The notes beneath the pieces are model-generated. The model saw only the letters and a list, made by a program, of their open reading frames with translations. It ran no database searches and had not been told where the DNA came from. The translations under genes were made by a program, and so were the position numbers. Below, one piece after another: positions 5,787 to 15,401 of a DNA stretch of 25,672 bases; position 1 is the stretch's first letter, and every line of letters starts with the position of its first letter. The DNA is from a virus (Duplodnaviria; Caudoviricetes). The stretch is from positions 1 through 25,672 of IMG/VR virus record IMGVR_UViG_3300018080_000546; one strand, written 5' to 3'.

Positions 5787-6872
5787 TTAGTTCTCCTCGC
5801 TTGGCGGTATTGCAGCCGTGCCAAACGCCGGTTGTGCGGCATCGTATGCCGACGTAGCGTCATAGGTGGTTCCGTCTACACCATCAGGTATTGTATAGTC
5901 AAAGCCTTCGCCATCCACTGCTCTTGCAAGGTTCTCTGTTGTAAGCCACTGCGCAATAAGCCCCGTTGGAGAGTCGAGCAAGGCAGTGTCTTTGTTGTCT
6001 GATATTTCAGAAAGCGTCCGAACGTCTGACCAAAGGCGAACCATTGTGATCCGCGAAGTAACTGGACTACTGCCAATCGTTATGTCGTCACCAGCAAACC
6101 CGAACGTTTCGCCAGCGCCATTGTCGGATGATCCGGCAAGCGCACCGTCAACATAAAACTTTAATTGTCCAGTGCTATTTGCTCCAGCGTCTGGGTCTAC
6201 GGTAACCGCATAGTGGTGCCACTCGTCGTCATCTACACCGCTATCAACATTTGCAATGAGACCGTTATTGTCGTAGAACTCGACTTGTCCTGTTACAGCG
6301 CCAATAATACTTATAGTTGTTGGCGAAGTTTTTGTCCCACCGATATACAAAGCACCGGCGAATGCTAGGCCAGTTCTTGTTCCCCAATATGCCCACATTT
6401 CAACGGTAAATGTTGTGCTGCTGTCGAAAAGCGTTCCTGTCGGCAATGTAAGTTCATCACCGCTCACAATTTCAGCGTAATTTGTCGAATAAGTGCGCCA
6501 CAAACCAGTTCCCTGTATCTCAACTGACATGGAAGTAATTCCTTTGATCGGAGCCTCCATGCTTAGTGACGTGACATATCCGGTCCCCTGCCATGCGGCG
6601 TCTGATATGTTGGCAGCGATAATTACCGATACGCTGTTGCGTTCACGCGCAGCGGTCTCAAGCGCAGCTTGCCCGGTGTCGTCTGCCACCAACAGGTGAT
6701 CGGCAGTAACCGTCCACGTGCGATACTCTGGCAGATATGTTTCCCACCTGGTAGAACTTTTGACTGTCGAGTCTGCGGTTGCTTCGTCCATTGAAATTTC
6801 GCAGCCTGTTTGGCTGCCTACAACCGTGCCCCCGACGCTTACAAGCACGTCAGCGCCGAAAATAACACTCAT
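5787..6872 (-). CDS. Tail-tube-domain protein fused to a LamG/concanavalin A-like lectin domain
   Basis: N-terminal ~125 aa is paralogous to the tail tube gene at 13060-13515. C-terminal part has LamG motifs 'FTVEMW', 'DDEWHHYAVTVD', 'LKFYVDG', 'VRLWSDVRTLSEI'. Start ATG 6872 by ATGA overlap and GGAGG RBS. Confidence 0.8.
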   Translation of the reverse strand: MSVIFGADVLVSVGGTVVGSQTGCEISMDEATADSTVKSSTRWETYLPEYRTWTVTADHLLVADDTGQAALETAARERNSVSVIIAANISDAAWQGTGYVTSLSMEAPIKGITSMSVEIQGTGLWRTYSTNYAEIVSGDELTLPTGTLFDSSTTFTVEMWAYWGTRTGLAFAGALYIGGTKTSPTTISIIGAVTGQVEFYDNNGLIANVDSGVDDDEWHHYAVTVDPDAGANSTGQLKFYVDGALAGSSDNGAGETFGFAGDDITIGSSPVTSRITMVRLWSDVRTLSEISDNKDTALLDSPTGLIAQWLTTENLARAVDGEGFDYTIPDGVDGTTYDATSAYDAAQPAFGTAAIPPSEEN

Positions 6873-9385
6873 GATGACCTCCACGTATTGAGCCACTCGC
6901 CAACAGCTGGTCCAGTGGCGCAAGTGACGCTATATTGCAGTTCCCCGTTTGCCGGATTTATCATGTCCACAAACTCAACACTCGTTATGAGATAGTTGTC
7001 TGCGGACAACCCTAGTGCAGCGTCGGTAATTGCTATCTGTTGACCGGGGACAAGACCAGCGCGCCAGCAACGGAACGTTATCTCGTCAGTAAACACACCG
7101 TAACGGTTCGCTATAGGCGTTGCTTTTGCCAGCGCTTCAGTTGCCGTCAGCGACTCGTCAAACGTGATGCGTGACTCATACCTCCCACTGGCTATACCGT
7201 CGCTGTCAGGGTCTTCCAGCGCCTGCATATCGGCAATGGTTTCGTATGCCGCTCCACTCACATCTCTATATGATGTAGTTTCATCAAGCCACGTATACTG
7301 TATCCTGTAGCCCTGCTGATAAGTAGACGCTGTCGGATCGAGGTTGTCAGTATATTCACCAAGCCATATTCGATTATCACCCGTGCGATACACCAGCTCG
7401 TGCGGGGCTATTACGTTCACTTTTTGGTTCGTCGCCAGCGCGCCTTGATAGACATTGGTGATGGTTCTGTATGGACTGTCTGTATACGCTGATTGACCAT
7501 TTGTAAGAACAACAACTTCTGATTGAGCGGCGTCTGTGTCTATGTCTGTTCCAACGATAGTTACCGCCTCATCCTTCCAGCGCATTGACGAAAGGGTGAT
7601 GTCTTGAGATGATGAATAACCGCCAACGTATAGCTCGGTAACAGTTGGCCATGAACCGTCTACGTAGACCGTGCTATCGTCGGTTAGTTTGATAAAGTCA
7701 TACTGCACGTTCGAGTCATCATCGAGGCCCTTGACGCCAACGTATACCTCGCCATAGTCAGCCGCTGGTGTGATAGATAGATACTTCGATGTTGCATCTG
7801 TGTCGCTTACATCATATATGCCAATGTTTCCAGCATCTGCGAACGTCGCGATTGTTGTCGCGCCCCATGTTACTGTAACTGTCCCAGCCGGAGCAGAATC
7901 AATTACGACGGCAAATATCACGTCCCATGTAGCAACACTAAGCGTTGTATAGGTTGTCCCATCAAGCGTTTCGCTAGCAGTGTCAACGCCACTCGTTGTT
8001 CCATCCTTGACGCCGTATATAGTTACGCTTTGCGTAGTATCGCCAGCGTCGTCGCTCACAATGCCGACCTCGCCGGTAGACTGTGTAATATTCGCCCCGG
8101 CAACATCCGCTTCGCGCTCTGTTACGTCCGTATCCTGTGGCTCGACCAACAGGCGCGTATACATGTTTCCAGACGCTCTTACGCTGACGCCAGCTGTCAA
8201 ATCAGACGTGCTAGCGGCGAACGTGCATACGGTAGTTCCGCCTCCACCATCTGGCGCGGTAACCGTTACGTTGCCAGTTGGAGATTCCGATATTTCAACC
8301 GCCGTGATGTAGTACCACGTAGGATCCACCAGAACATCTGTTACCTCACTGTCATTATTGAGAGCGAGCGTTCTTGTGAAGTAATCTGTGCCGCCACTGA
8401 CTGCATATCCATAAAAAGTTACTGTCTTGCTTGTGCCTTCTGCGGCGCTGTCGCTCTGAATGCTCACATTGCCGCTGGCGCTCGGCTGCCCGAGGCCTTC
8501 GCCAGTCACGTTGAGCGCAATAGTTCTGCCGTCGGTGGCGCTTGCTTCGCGAGCGTACCGCTCCTCATATGGAAGCGTTGTGTCGTAAACCGCAGTCACG
8601 CCCAACAGTGTGTTGATGGGGTATGTCAGGTCCCATGAGCGCGGAGTTTCGCCAGTATACTCTAGCTCAATAAGTTCATATGTAAATGTTTGTATTCTGT
8701 CGTATGTGTAGTAGACCCTGTTCGCGAAGTTCTTGCGTCCCTGACGCCGCGCTACGTCCTGCACTGGATACGTGCCGTCAACGTCCCAAGGCGAAGACGT
8801 CCCAGAAGTGCTTTGGATCAAAAGTTGGCGGTCTGGCGTGATCCTCCAGTAACACCCGATCTCATCAGCTATGGCGTCCAAAACTGATCGCATAGTGACA
8901 TAGTCGAGTTCGAGGTCTTCCAGCGTTGTTGATCCGCTCGCCAGCGGATACGTCGGCGTGATCTGTATAGCGCCAATCTGAGACGATGGCAGGATGGGGT
9001 CATATGTGGAGGGGGTATACCAGATGCCCTCGTCATCAAGATATGTCGTAACGAGGTCTGCGATAACTTGATCTACCGTCTGGCCTGTATACGTTTCATT
9101 TACCAGTCTTCGGTCTGTTATCTGGTGCAGATCAGCGCATTCAACAACCTGTTCCAGCCGCGTAAGGCCCTGCACGACTGCTTTTGACCGTATAGATTCA
9201 ACAAAGCCTATGAAGATATTGCCCCTGTCAACAAACAGGCGGACAGGGTCTCCTATATCTATTGAGACGCTGGCCGCACGAGTCGCAAACGACAGACGCA
9301 TGCGCCCCTGTAGCGATATACCGCCACGCAACGATCCGGGACGTATCTTCGATGCTATGTCAGTTCCGCCGACATAAAGATTCAC
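6869..9385 (-). CDS. Large minor tail / tail-tip (hub-like) protein, 838 aa
   Basis: Downstream of the tape measure; hub-like N-terminus ('IFIGFVESI', 'VLDAIADEIGCYWRITPDRQL') and C-terminus ('GLVPGQQIAI...YLITSV'); beta-rich repeated insert. Confidence 0.75.
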   Translation of the reverse strand: MNLYVGGTDIASKIRPGSLRGGISLQGRMRLSFATRAASVSIDIGDPVRLFVDRGNIFIGFVESIRSKAVVQGLTRLEQVVECADLHQITDRRLVNETYTGQTVDQVIADLVTTYLDDEGIWYTPSTYDPILPSSQIGAIQITPTYPLASGSTTLEDLELDYVTMRSVLDAIADEIGCYWRITPDRQLLIQSTSGTSSPWDVDGTYPVQDVARRQGRKNFANRVYYTYDRIQTFTYELIELEYTGETPRSWDLTYPINTLLGVTAVYDTTLPYEERYAREASATDGRTIALNVTGEGLGQPSASGNVSIQSDSAAEGTSKTVTFYGYAVSGGTDYFTRTLALNNDSEVTDVLVDPTWYYITAVEISESPTGNVTVTAPDGGGGTTVCTFAASTSDLTAGVSVRASGNMYTRLLVEPQDTDVTEREADVAGANITQSTGEVGIVSDDAGDTTQSVTIYGVKDGTTSGVDTASETLDGTTYTTLSVATWDVIFAVVIDSAPAGTVTVTWGATTIATFADAGNIGIYDVSDTDATSKYLSITPAADYGEVYVGVKGLDDDSNVQYDFIKLTDDSTVYVDGSWPTVTELYVGGYSSSQDITLSSMRWKDEAVTIVGTDIDTDAAQSEVVVLTNGQSAYTDSPYRTITNVYQGALATNQKVNVIAPHELVYRTGDNRIWLGEYTDNLDPTASTYQQGYRIQYTWLDETTSYRDVSGAAYETIADMQALEDPDSDGIASGRYESRITFDESLTATEALAKATPIANRYGVFTDEITFRCWRAGLVPGQQIAITDAALGLSADNYLITSVEFVDMINPANGELQYSVTCATGPAVGEWLNTWRSS

Positions 9386-9543
9386 TCTTCAGGGTCCAGT
9401 TTATGAGATACTGATCGTATCAACCCATCGGAACTTACTTGCGTTACGACGCATCTATTCCCGTCTTTGTCGATAAAGTGATCGTCAAACCACAGATTGT
9501 CTAACGCCTTCGGGTTCGTTCTCAAATCAGGTGTTTCAGGCAC
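9382..9543 (-). CDS. Small hypothetical protein, 53 aa (absent from the ORF track)
   Basis: GTG 9543 gives MPETPDLRTNPKALDNLWFDDHFIDKDGNRCVVTQVSSDGLIRSVSHKLDPEE*; fills the gap exactly, overlaps both neighbours (GTGA coupling), GGAG upstream. Confidence 0.65.
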   Translation of the reverse strand: MPETPDLRTNPKALDNLWFDDHFIDKDGNRCVVTQVSSDGLIRSVSHKLDPEE

Positions 9544-10129
9544 GTCGGAGAACTCCGCTTATGTAGTAGTATCTATTAGTCGTCAGTGAGGCGTCTGTGT
9601 CGTTCGTATAGCGCAGAACAAGGTGCGAAGAGTCATTAGCTACCAGTTTCGGCGCAACGGCAGCAAGAGTAGGTACGTCTGTCTCAGCTGCTCCGGCGAC
9701 AAGCGCAGATGTATCAGAGTTTACAGGTATCCCGTTCATGACATAACACTCTTTGTTATATGCAGCACTCCACACAATCGGCCATACCGCTCCGTTTATC
9801 TCCCATTGCCAATAGTGCGTCCCGCTTGAGTTTGACGGGTTCGGCGCTTGTGCAAACCAGGTATCTATATACAGCGCGTAACCAGATGCAACGGTTATCG
9901 AAGTATCCTCTTGGTTAGGGTCGGTCCCTACGGCAGCACTGAGCAACACGCGAGTTGCTGACCCTTCTCCGAGCTTCGGCGCAACTATTAGGTTCCCATC
10001 GTCGCATTCAATCGCTTGCCATTCAGTCTCTCCGCTATCGTATGCACAAGGCGGTATGCCGGTGCTCCCACCGGCTGGAGGCGTCCCTTCGCGTGGAAGT
10101 TCCGTGCTGCTAAAGTCTGTCAATGCCAT
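9536..10129 (-). CDS. Hypothetical virion-associated (tail region) protein
   Basis: Immediately after the tape measure; beta-rich composition; no family recognised. Confidence 0.6.
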   Translation of the reverse strand: MALTDFSSTELPREGTPPAGGSTGIPPCAYDSGETEWQAIECDDGNLIVAPKLGEGSATRVLLSAAVGTDPNQEDTSITVASGYALYIDTWFAQAPNPSNSSGTHYWQWEINGAVWPIVWSAAYNKECYVMNGIPVNSDTSALVAGAAETDVPTLAAVAPKLVANDSSHLVLRYTNDTDASLTTNRYYYISGVLRRA

Positions 10130-10130
10130 G

Positions 10131-12386
10131 CTATACTCCGTAAACTGCCAGCTTGTCGCCAGCGCCGCGAATCACTGTGTCAATAATCGTATCGCGGTCG
10201 AGATAAACCTGCACTTGAGTGTTGCGCCCGCTCTTCAGGTCTTTGAGGGGTATGATCGCTTCAGGACCAGCCTCACCGGCGACACCGAGCGTTGGTTTGG
10301 TGACGATGCCACCGTCTGCCCAAAACTTGAGCTTCTTGATACCGCCCCACAGCTTTTTAGCGCCGCCCCATATCTTGTCTGCATTCATTATTCCTGATAG
10401 TATCGCGCTTGGCAACTGAAGCCCTGGTATAGCTAAACCAAATGAACTCAAGCCACCGGCAATGTCTTTGAACGCGCCAAGACCGCCGGTAGCTTTCCCG
10501 ATGAGCCCCGATACTCCTGTTGCGGCTTTCATGCCACCACCACCTCCGCCCCCTATCCCTCCAGCCAGCTTCCCGCTTTTGGCAATGAGATTACCAACAG
10601 ACGAAGAAGACTTCTTTTCCATATCTTCAAATGCTTGTTTCACTTTGCCGGTAGCTTCTTGCGTCGGAACAACCATCTCATCATTCAGACGAGAGAAGTT
10701 TTGAGATATACCGTCCATCATATCGGGAACATATGACCCACCAACTACTGCTTCATACATGTCCGCGAAAAATCCCACAACAGCATCTATCTTACCTTCG
10801 ATCCAGTCAACAAGCGGCCCGAATACTGAACGGACTGTGGAGCTTATCGTTTCCCATGCGCCAGCCCAGTCGCCTGTGATGAACTGTATACCAGCTGTAA
10901 CAATGCCCTTGAGGAGTTCAAACTCAGCACGTAAAAAACCTACGATATACTCCCATGCTGTCATGAAAACGTTCGTGATAGAATCCCATAGTTCGACAAA
11001 CCAATTGGCAACAGCGTCCCATATTGCACGTGCACGGGATGTTATAGCCTCCCATATTGCGACAACCTTCGGGCGTATCTCGTCCCAGTTATTATAGAGA
11101 TAGACGCCTACTGCTACAAGCGCTGCAATAGCTGTTATTGCAAGACCTATCGGGTTTGCGGCGAGAAACTTGAGCGCTATTCCGAGACCTTTGATAACGG
11201 GCACAAGGTTTGTCACAGCTGAAACAACAGAGCCTATTGCCACAAGAAGTGGTCCAGCAGCAGCCGCTGCTCCAAGAATTGCTATGATAACACCTTGTGT
11301 GGTGGGGCTCAATCTTGCAAACCAACCGACCATTTCAGCGATACGAGCTATTGCTCGCTCAATATATGGCTGAAGGTTTTCGAATGCTGTGAGCAATGCT
11401 TGCCCAAGAGGTTCAGCAGCAACCATAACCTTCGCGCCAAGTTCTGCCATTCTGTCGCCGAAAGTTTTCGTGCTATCTGCTGCGGTGCCGATAGTTTCAT
11501 CAGAGCCGTCCAACATTTCCATCAGTTCAGCAATCTCGAACCGACCCTCGCGGATAGCAGCGGCCATATCGGGGCCTGCACGCGCCCCAAATGTCTCTAT
11601 GGCGATACGGTTAGCCTCAGCGTCGTCTCCAGCGGCCTTGATAGCGTCAGACAACTCGCGGAACGTTGCCGGTATGTCTTCAACTCCAGCAGCGGCCATT
11701 CGCGCAATGCCCTGACGCAAACCTCCCATAACCAATTCGGTGTTTACGCCCTCCTTGCCGAACTTACCCATAAGCGCAGCAGACTGCTCGAATGATAGCC
11801 CAAGTTGGCGCAGTGGTGCACCATATCGTGTTACCATGTCGAGCAACTGAGAAACAGGCGGGCCTGTAGCCTGCGACGTGACGAACATCCTGTTCAGTGC
11901 GGCCTGTGCGTTATCTGACGATATTGCCCAGTCGCCAAACGCGCGGGTTCCGCGCTCAATCAGTGCGCCGGTATCTTCTCCTGTTATACGCCCAAGCTCT
12001 AGCATGTCTGTTGCTAGAGACTGTAATGCTGGCCCGGTAAGACCGGTCCGAGTGTTGAGGTCGGCGATTGCTTGCGCGGTGGCGTTGACGCCAGCCGGGG
12101 TAGCCTGAAATACGGCCCTGAAGTCATCGCCAAGAGCCTCAAGAGCCGCACCAGTGGCACCGGTCCCGGCACGAATAGTTGCCATGCCCTGGTTCATCTT
12201 GTCGGCTGATGCGAGCAGTGCTCCGCCAGCAGCAACTATTGGTAGCGTGACATTCTGCGTCATCGACCTACCAATAGACGTCATTCGCTGTCCTACAGCT
12301 GACACCTTGCGCGCCGCAGCGTCGAGCTTAGCCCCTACTTGGCTGGCATCTACGCCTAAGACGATTTCGAGTGTTTCACGACGCAT
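10131..12386 (-). CDS. Tail tape measure protein
   Basis: Ala/Gly-rich helical protein, 'MTQNVTLPIVAAG', Trp-spaced repeats, C-terminal 'ADGGIVTKPTLGVAGEAGPEAIIPL'; start ATG 12386 preferred over TTG 12401. Confidence 0.92.
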   Translation of the reverse strand: MRRETLEIVLGVDASQVGAKLDAAARKVSAVGQRMTSIGRSMTQNVTLPIVAAGGALLASADKMNQGMATIRAGTGATGAALEALGDDFRAVFQATPAGVNATAQAIADLNTRTGLTGPALQSLATDMLELGRITGEDTGALIERGTRAFGDWAISSDNAQAALNRMFVTSQATGPPVSQLLDMVTRYGAPLRQLGLSFEQSAALMGKFGKEGVNTELVMGGLRQGIARMAAAGVEDIPATFRELSDAIKAAGDDAEANRIAIETFGARAGPDMAAAIREGRFEIAELMEMLDGSDETIGTAADSTKTFGDRMAELGAKVMVAAEPLGQALLTAFENLQPYIERAIARIAEMVGWFARLSPTTQGVIIAILGAAAAAGPLLVAIGSVVSAVTNLVPVIKGLGIALKFLAANPIGLAITAIAALVAVGVYLYNNWDEIRPKVVAIWEAITSRARAIWDAVANWFVELWDSITNVFMTAWEYIVGFLRAEFELLKGIVTAGIQFITGDWAGAWETISSTVRSVFGPLVDWIEGKIDAVVGFFADMYEAVVGGSYVPDMMDGISQNFSRLNDEMVVPTQEATGKVKQAFEDMEKKSSSSVGNLIAKSGKLAGGIGGGGGGGMKAATGVSGLIGKATGGLGAFKDIAGGLSSFGLAIPGLQLPSAILSGIMNADKIWGGAKKLWGGIKKLKFWADGGIVTKPTLGVAGEAGPEAIIPLKDLKSGRNTQVQVYLDRDTIIDTVIRGAGDKLAVYGV

Positions 12387-12639
12387 TATAAGACGCCCCA
12401 AATCGTTTGACTAACTCTTCATGCTCACGCTTGCGCTCTTCTGGCGACTTTTCTTCCTGCCTAGCTCCCCGCAGTAGCTGTTCAGGCGTCACGCGATGCT
12501 TTTCCTCTAACTGTATGTTCAATAGATACGAAACAGCCCATGCAGTCCGGCGGTATGCTGCCTCCGATCTATCGCGCTCCCCATCTGCGGCCCATAGAGC
12601 CTCACGCATGGTCAAGCTCCATAGCTCCTCAGGGCTCAT
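12376..12639 (-). CDS. Tail assembly chaperone, gpT-like part (reached by -1 frameshift)
   Basis: 'LGMSPEELWSLTMRE' motif; frame is open back to the slippery site at 12723. Confidence 0.8.
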   Translation of the reverse strand: MSPEELWSLTMREALWAADGERDRSEAAYRRTAWAVSYLLNIQLEEKHRVTPEQLLRGARQEEKSPEERKREHEELVKRFGASYNAS

Positions 12640-12662
12640 ACCGAGGCGGAAACCGAGCTTTG

Positions 12663-13043
12663 CTATTGCTTCCCAGATGTCTTCTTGGTCGCCTTGCTCT
12701 GCTTCCGCCCCTGTGCGTTTCCCGCGTCGTTATCCACCGGGAAGCTCTTGATAAGTGCGTTGATGATCGTATCAGCACCTGTTACGATATCGCCGAACTC
12801 GACCTCTGACTCAAGCTGCTCAATTGTCAGTTCAGGGCGTTCGTGCAACAGTCCTGCGTGGAGAATAGCCAGTAGATCATCCTCCGTCATGCTATTCAAG
12901 CGCTGCTCATTTCTGAACAAATCGAACAACGGACAGTCGAAGTGATCTCTGAGCACCCGCGCCGAACTCATGGGGAACCGTAGATTCACCGTCTTCCCAC
13001 CAACAGTAAACGGGAACTTCTGCTGTGCTTCATGTGGTGTCAT
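12663..13043 (-). CDS. Tail assembly chaperone, gpG-like
   Basis: Between tail tube and tape measure; contains G GGA AAC slippery heptamer near its 3' end. Confidence 0.8.
   Translation of the reverse strand: MTPHEAQQKFPFTVGGKTVNLRFPMSSARVLRDHFDCPLFDLFRNEQRLNSMTEDDLLAILHAGLLHERPELTIEQLESEVEFGDIVTGADTIINALIKSFPVDNDAGNAQGRKQSKATKKTSGKQ
12717..12723 (-). other. Programmed -1 ribosomal frameshift site GGGAAAC
   Basis: X XXY YYZ heptamer in the gpG frame; the -1 frame continues GKRTGAEAEQGDQEDIWEAIAKLGFRLG into MSPEELW without a stop. Confidence 0.85.
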
Positions 13044-13059
13044 TCATTGTCCCTTATTA

Positions 13060-13515
13060 TCAAGGAGTATCTACAGCGAGCGCTCCGGTGCCCTGAATAG
13101 AAATACTAACTGTTGAGGCTTCCTTCGTCGGCGCGGTAATTGAAACGCTCGTTACCACGCCGATACCATAGTAAGTCTGCGTTCCCGTTGAATACGGAAC
13201 CGCGAGCTGCACCTCCACAACCGTTGGTGTCGTTGCGCTCAATATCTGATCCTCGAAGTAACCATATGCAGTATCGTCTGGTACATGCAGAGCGTTACAC
13301 TCTACCTCCCAAGAGCGATACCCAGGAAGATACTCTTCCCACAGATAGTCATCGTCTGTTGATTCAAGCTTTGCCGTAATGTCTACGGACGCGCCGTTGA
13401 TCGTAAGTGTCGCGTCTGTCTGGCTCCCAAGAACAGTGCCAGCTGAAAACGAATCAATGTCAGTGTCCGATGTGGCCTTGACAAGCGCCTGAACGCCAAG
13501 TGTCGGTGAGCTCAT
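13060..13515 (-). CDS. Major tail tube protein (TP901-1-like family)
   Basis: 'LGSQTDATLTING..VDITAK...WEEYLPGYRSWEVEC', 'VTSVSITAP...STVSISIQGTGAL'; GGAGG RBS before ATG 13515. Confidence 0.88.
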   Translation of the reverse strand: MSSPTLGVQALVKATSDTDIDSFSAGTVLGSQTDATLTINGASVDITAKLESTDDDYLWEEYLPGYRSWEVECNALHVPDDTAYGYFEDQILSATTPTVVEVQLAVPYSTGTQTYYGIGVVTSVSITAPTKEASTVSISIQGTGALAVDTP

Positions 13516-13517
13516 TG

Positions 13518-13910
13518 TCAAACCTCCGTCGCTGTAACGTCAAATATAACAGTGCCCCGTCTGAGATTATAATCTGGCACGGGGGCCGCCGTGTAACACT
13601 CAACAGCGAGTTCTACACCTGCCAGATGCCAGCCGGTCACGGATAACGTCGCGCTATCTATGGCGTCTATCACGTCCTCAGCGAGGTCGTGTATCTGCAA
13701 CGTTCCGTTATATTGTGCCCAGCAGTCTATGTTCACGCGCACTGACTGCACGTTGTTTGTTTTTGTGCCGAGGTGCGTCACGGACACCTCACCAAATGTT
13801 GCGTATGGGAAGGACTGCCCGCTAGATGTTACCTCGTCCTTTATCGTCACTCCTGCCGTCGTCAACGCGTTCTTTAGCGCCACCTGCACGGGCCATGCTG
13901 CGAGCTTCAT
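13518..13910 (-). CDS. Tail completion/terminator protein (DUF3168-like)
   Basis: 'QSFPYATFGE', 'VRVNIDCW'; synteny just upstream of the tail tube. Confidence 0.75.
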   Translation of the reverse strand: MKLAAWPVQVALKNALTTAGVTIKDEVTSSGQSFPYATFGEVSVTHLGTKTNNVQSVRVNIDCWAQYNGTLQIHDLAEDVIDAIDSATLSVTGWHLAGVELAVECYTAAPVPDYNLRRGTVIFDVTATEV

Positions 13911-14407
13911 CCGAGTATCCTCTTCAGTCCAGACATAAACCGCTTCTGGACAGAATCAAATGCTGGTTTCATGAACGGCACCGGTCGTGTCCCCGGATGG
14001 TCAACACGAGTCGTGTATATTGTATAACCGCCACGTCTGCTCGGTCGAATGAACGTAACCCTATCACCACTTCCGCCACGCGTAGACGTTCCCTTTAGTT
14101 GCGGCACGTTGAACTTGAGCATCTTCTTGCGCACAGGTCGAATAATGTGCGGGCGCGTGCCATACTCTCGAAACGCCGAGGCCGGGTGCCCTGACTCAAC
14201 TATGCCAGTGAACCCATCATCCGCATAGCTGGCAGATATTTGACTAGCCACCGAAGCATTGTTTGCCCTACCCTTCGCCTGAGCGACCATTTCGTGAGTC
14301 GTTGACGCTATGTGCGACCGCAGCTTCTTCCGCGTTGGCGGCCAGAACCTGCGCAACTTACGAGCAATAGTATCTGCTCCACTTACCCTTACCGTAAGTC
14401 CGCTCAT
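13907..14407 (-). CDS. HK97 gp10-like tail/neck protein
   Basis: 'AFREYGTRPHII', 'HPGTRPVPFMKPAF'. Confidence 0.8.
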   Translation of the reverse strand: MSGLTVRVSGADTIARKLRRFWPPTRKKLRSHIASTTHEMVAQAKGRANNASVASQISASYADDGFTGIVESGHPASAFREYGTRPHIIRPVRKKMLKFNVPQLKGTSTRGGSGDRVTFIRPSRRGGYTIYTTRVDHPGTRPVPFMKPAFDSVQKRFMSGLKRILG

Positions 14408-14742
14408 GAGTCAACTATCTCCCTCTCCCATGCGTCAAACGATATACTGCGCTTTTGATCGTCAACTGTTGGCAAACCATCCATCACGAGCCAGCGCGAG
14501 CCCCACACGAACGCCAGCCGATGCGTTTCCAGCCTACTATCATACGCCATTTCGATCTTGTAGCGCCTCCCTGCGTCGTCCTGAAGCGCTACAATCTCCT
14601 CCCACCTGTTATCTACCTTGATCTTTGCGTAACCAGAAAATAGCGTAGTCCACGATCTGGCAAACCCTCCACCAGCGTCTTGAGTATCACTTGGCGTCTT
14701 GACGGTAACCGCATCGCGGTATCTGTTAGACATCTTCAGCAT
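14404..14742 (-). CDS. Head-tail adaptor / head closure protein (SPP1 gp16-like)
   Basis: 'RDAVTVKTPSDTQDAGGGFARSWTTLFSGYAKI'; synteny. Confidence 0.8.
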   Translation of the reverse strand: MLKMSNRYRDAVTVKTPSDTQDAGGGFARSWTTLFSGYAKIKVDNRWEEIVALQDDAGRRYKIEMAYDSRLETHRLAFVWGSRWLVMDGLPTVDDQKRSISFDAWEREIVDS

Positions 14743-15347
14743 ATGCGGATATCTCTATCTGCACTTATAAGCGCCACAACATCAGGCGGCAGGTCGTATA
14801 CGTCTACGCCAGCACCCGCACTGTTCGATGGCACGCTCCCCGCCGACTGCTCGAACCAATGAGCAACCAATCGCCGCATTGCTGTGATATAACGTTCAGG
14901 CACGCCGGAGACGACACCCTCCGATACCGTCCCATATCCAACGCTTACCGTGAACCTGATGATGCCATAGGGCCATGAAGCACCAGTAACAGGAATAACG
15001 GGTGCGGCCATATCGCCTTCCATGAGGCGGTAGTTGTCAGTTGATGAAGACGTCCACGTTACTTCATCGTCTTCTGAGTAGTCTATCGCGTCAATACTCG
15101 TTATCGGTCGAATGCGAAGGTTGATCTTATCATTGACTGGCAACCTATCCTTTTCGACATAGATATACCATTGCTGGTCAACCATATACTCGTTGGCCCA
15201 CGACTCGATTCTCTCTCTTGCAGCGTCCAACAAGCTGTCAATCAGATCGTCATGCGCTGTATTATCGGCAGCAATACCAAGCGCTGGCTTCACCGCTGCT
15301 TTCAAAAGCGGCTCTGCGGTCGGTGCTGTCTTGAGAACGTATCGCAT
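14736..15347 (-). CDS. Head-tail connector protein (HK97 gp6 / phiE125 gp8-like)
   Basis: 'APTAEPL...VKPALGI..DNTAHDDLIDSLLDAARERIE', 'VPERYITAMRRLVAHWFE'. Confidence 0.85.
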   Translation of the reverse strand: MRYVLKTAPTAEPLLKAAVKPALGIAADNTAHDDLIDSLLDAARERIESWANEYMVDQQWYIYVEKDRLPVNDKINLRIRPITSIDAIDYSEDDEVTWTSSSTDNYRLMEGDMAAPVIPVTGASWPYGIIRFTVSVGYGTVSEGVVSGVPERYITAMRRLVAHWFEQSAGSVPSNSAGAGVDVYDLPPDVVALISADRDIRIC

Positions 15348-15362
15348 AACATCTCCAAGCTG

Positions 15363-15386
15363 TGGGGGCGCCCTGGAGCACCCCCA
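15363..15386 (-). terminator. Hairpin after the capsid gene block (terminator-like or mRNA-stabilising)
   Basis: Minus strand TGGGGGTGCTC-CA-GGGCGCCCCCA; G-U pairs favour the minus strand; no U-tract. Confidence 0.5.
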
Positions 15387-15401
15387 TCAACTTACATGTT
15401 G

